From Macrostomum lignano (lineage: Eukaryota), in the NCBI GenBank assembly GCA_002269645.1, contig NIVC01003416.1:1-64000 (forward strand): a stretch of 64,000 nucleotides of DNA, given 5' to 3'. The notes under the pieces were generated by a model. That model made no database searches. It was not told where the DNA came from and worked only from the letters and a program-made list of their open reading frames with translations. The translations under genes were made by a program, and so were the position numbers. Numbering within the stretch: position 1 is the first letter of the stretch; every line of letters begins with the position of its first letter. Positions 60,345-64,000 of this stretch are shown piece after piece.

Positions 60345-61864
60345 TTCAGGTATTTTGTGACAGTCAGCCAGCCTGCTGAGAATGTTTATGGCCAAAATAC
60401 CATTGGTTCATTGCAATTCCGCTTCACGCATTTCAAGTCGGCTAAGACTGATGTCGGTGCTCTATCGACTATGGTAAATCCTCACTTGTGCTGTGCTAAC
60501 CACAGATTCTATATACTCCTAGATGAGCCACTCCAGCTTCCAGCGCGAAAACCCCCGAGGTTAAGACCATAGACTGTAGCTTGTGCTGCTCTCAAGCATT
60601 AGCATTAGCAGCAAGTGTCTGTGGCCCTAACCCCAATGTTTTCAAGGCCGTTAACTAGCTGGCTAAATGTTTACTGCCAGGCAGGCAGGCGGGCACCCTG
60701 GTGCATCAACCCACAACCAGCGCTGAGGCAATTCTGCTCATCCGCTGACTCCTGAGCAAATACAAGAGCGCCAATAGTGTACGAAGGCACGCACTCATAC
60801 CACACGCTCACACAGGGTGTACAGCAGCCCGGACTTTCTAATGTACATTGTCATGTACAATGTCTAATGTCATGTACATTCTCTGTGGCTTGGGTGTTGG
60901 CCCTCAGGATATAGATACAATTTTTTCAAATGCTCACCAGTCTGAAGCTCAATAGAGGCAAGAGGGAATGGGTCTTTATTGATGTGATAGCCTGCTATTT
61001 CGCCATCAGAAATGGTAAACACAGATGCAGGTGGTTCTAAAATAATTCATTTGAATAATTTGCATTAACTGTGCTTATTTATAGCTTTACAATTATTTTA
61101 TGACTGTGAACAAATTGACAAAAATGCTTACGTCCTGGCTCTGCTGTTGCATGGGAATTAGGAAATGTGTTGTTATTGCTACTGTCAGTATTAAGCACAT
61201 ACTTTTTAGGCATTTTGTTTCTTCAAGTTGAGTTTATATATCAAGCTAAAATGATACATAATTAAAGAATAGATTTATAGATAAGCAAAGACAAATGCCT
61301 TGGTTTATAAATATCTTAACTTGCAGGTCCTAAATAAAAACGAAATTTCTATCAAACAATTTGTTTCATTGAAATGGCCTTTAAGACTTAAATTAAGCTC
61401 AGTTGTGACCCAAAACAAAGTAAAAAAACCTTTAAATCATTGCCATTTTTCTAAACATCAAATTATTAAAAAAAGTTATCAGTTTTGCAGTATACCCTTG
61501 GTCTATAACAATTTAGATCGGCTAGATTGGCTAGGTAAGCTAATAGTTGCATATGTACTAGTATAGTTATTTATCTATCCAATATTAATATTTATTATTT
61601 AGTTATTAGAGGTTGGATGGGATTGAAATCTTCGGGTGGGATTGGGATCGGGAATAATTTTTTTCTTGGGATCGGGATTGGGGAATTGGGATCAGGTCTT
61701 AGTGTATTGTAGCTTGTAGTTCCATATAAAGTTAAACAAATTTGAGCTAAAAATTTCAAGATCAAAAAGTAGAATACGACAAAATTGATGCAAAGTTTTA
61801 TAACCAACAAATTAATAATGTAATGAGTACGAGGTAAAACAAAATACATTCAAGTAATCACATA

Positions 61865-62960
61865 TGTTTGACATGGTGGCTCTTTAATGTTTGACATGGT
61901 GGCTCTTTTATGTTTGACATAGTGGCTCTTTAATGTTTGACATGGTGGCTCTTTTATGCTTGACATGGTGGCTCTTTACTGTTTGACATGGAGCCACATA
62001 TATGTTCGACATGGTGGCTCTTTTATGTTTGACATGGTTGCTCTTTAATGTTTGACATGATGGCTCTTTTATGCTTGACATGGTGGCTCTTTTATGTTTG
62101 ACATGATGGCTCTTTAATGTTTGACGTGGTGGCTCTTTTATGTTTGACATGGTGACTCGTTAATGTTAGACATGGTGGCTCTTTAATGTTTGACCTGGTG
62201 GCACCCTAATGTAATGATGGCTCTTTGATGTTTGAAATGGTGGCTCTTTTATATTTGACATGGTGGCTCTTTAATGTTTGACATGGTGGCTCTTAAATGT
62301 TCGACATGGTGGCTCTATAATGTTAGACATGGTGGCTCTTTAATGTTCGACATGGTGGCTCTTTAATGTTAGACATGGTGGCTGTTTAATTTTTGACATG
62401 GTGGCTCTTTAATGTTAGACATGGTGGCTGTTTAATTTTTGACATGGTGGCTCTTTAATGTTTTACATGTTGGTCCTTTTATGTTTGACATGGTGGCTCT
62501 TTAATGTTTGACATGGTGGCTCTTTTATGTTTGACATGATGCATACATGCGCAACCTTGGGAATCACTCGGCCGTTTCTATTGGCATTCTACTGCTCATG
62601 GTGGCTGAGAGCAGTCACGTGACTACTATTCCGTCCAATAGCGACTTACATGTGTGTGTTGCCAATAGAAACGGCCGGGTGAATCCCTAGGTTGCGCCCA
62701 AGCATGACATGATGGCTCTTTAATGTTCTACATGGTGGCTTTTTTATTTTCGACATGGTGGCTCTTTAATGTTTGGCATGATGGCTCTTTGATGTTTGAC
62801 ATGGAGTCACGAATATACTTGACATGGTGACTCGTTAATGTTTGACATGGTGGCTCTTTAATGTTAAACATGGTGGCTCTTTAATGTTAAACATGGTGGC
62901 TCTTTAATGTTAGACATGGAGTCACGTATATGTTCGACATGGTGGCTCTTTAATGTTTGA
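61865..62960 (-). repeat. 22-bp satellite, array 3 (inverted relative to arrays 1 and 2)
   Basis: atgtttgacatggtggctcttt. Confidence 0.96.
62539..62705. mobile_element. About 165-bp MITE inserted into the 22-bp satellite
   Basis: About 38-bp TIR gcgcaaccttgggaatcactcggccgtttctattggca / tgccaatagaaacggccgggtgaatccctaggttgcgc; flanking duplication gacatg(at). Confidence 0.7.
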
Positions 62961-64000
62961 CATTGTGCTTTTTTGTGTTTAGCATTTTGTGTTTTTAAGG
63001 TGTTTTAATAAAAAAATCTTTTTGCACTACTAAGATTCGAACCCAGATCGCTGCATTAGCAGTCCAGTCTGTTCGCATCTATGCTATCTCTTGTCAATTG
63101 GAGAACATGAATTGTGGCCCTTATAATTCAATTCTTACAGCAAGTCGGTTGGAGTAAAAAGTTATGACATAATCAATTTCTCAGTCAGCCTGTATCAGTC
63201 TCAATTTAAGTTAGCAATATTGTTACGCAATTTCAATCAAGTTGTGTGTGCATTTCTTTGGCACTGTTTTCAACTTGTTGTGATGCAATCTTTATCAGAA
63301 TTGAAATTCAGTCAGTCAGGTTTTTATCTAGCATTATTACAATGCATTTCAAGTCAAAAATTTGGCTTGACCTTTGCAAAAAAAGAATGTTTTTCGAATA
63401 TTTAATCTCTTTAGAATCGAGCAATTTCTTAGCCAAGATGCATGTACTGTCCCAGGAAAATTTCTGATCGAATGGTGCAAGTTTGAAGAAAATCGGTTGA
63501 GCCATTTTTTCTGAAATCTATCGCATAGCTATAGACAACTCATTTTTAGTATATGGGAGAAAAAACTAGAGCGTTATGGACAAACATACAAACCTTAGAG
63601 ATTTAGTATATTTAGATGTAGACCAATCAGTGTGCATTTGAATAATACTATTTCTCACATGGGAGGCTAGTTGTGTAACTAGCAGTTTTGTTTAGAGAGA
63701 AATGGTTCATTAGATCAAGATAGATACTTTTCAACATCCATGGCTATATGCCTAGCCTCCTAAATTTTATTTTGCTAATAGAATAGTTTTATATAAGTCT
63801 GTCTTTTAGCTTCCTAAATATATATTTTAATTTATATTATATAGATTTCTTCCTGTTTTACTCATATTATATTTTCTTGTTATTTATTTATTAAAGTTTT
63901 GTTGGCACAAAGGTGGCATATAGATCATCCCAAAAATATTCCAGTAGACACTATACCACACGGCTACCTTCCTGACTATGGGCTACATTGGCTCATTCCT

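Larger units (their letters stand above)
61865..63616 (-). mobile_element. Inverted relative of Helitron-like element B (5' unique part, tRNA-like module, 22-bp array), preceded by a short Helitron-like 5' stub
   Basis: The reverse complement of about 62960-63560 aligns by eye to 13414-14010. A|TCTAAATATACTAAA at 63616. The 3' end was not identified. Confidence 0.65.

Noticed and set aside
61555-61565. CTAG as the 3' end of the inverted element B copy
   Set aside because: No GC-rich hairpin upstream on the minus strand.

Overview
Animal genomic DNA with GT-AG introns, TTAGGG-type repeats and a very high minisatellite load. The style suggests a flatworm such as Macrostomum, which is inference only. 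I assembled three multi-exon genes by hand with consistent exon phases. (1) A minus-strand receptor protein tyrosine phosphatase of the PTP99A/PTPRG-like type (Ig-FN3s-TM-active D1-inactive D2; 16 exons found, 4413-29857; the start exon was not resolved). (2) A plus-strand class A peptide GPCR, FMRFamide-receptor-like (3 exons, 44650-47030). (3) A minus-strand SLC6 transporter (9 exons, 53982-60344) with unusual ion-site residues. There is also a probable intronless secreted Cys-rich protein (49745-50389). Non-coding DNA is dominated by more than 25 distinct tandem arrays, a head-to-tail cluster of Helitron-like elements carrying a tRNA-like module and satellite arrays (9869-21633, with an inverted relative at about 61.9-63.6 kb), a decayed 5'-truncated Ty3/gypsy element with one LTR, a tRNA-derived SINE, several MITEs, and a large inverted pair of 31-bp satellite arrays just upstream of the GPCR. 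No rRNA, intact tRNA or CRISPR was found. All coordinates were read by eye and no database search was run.
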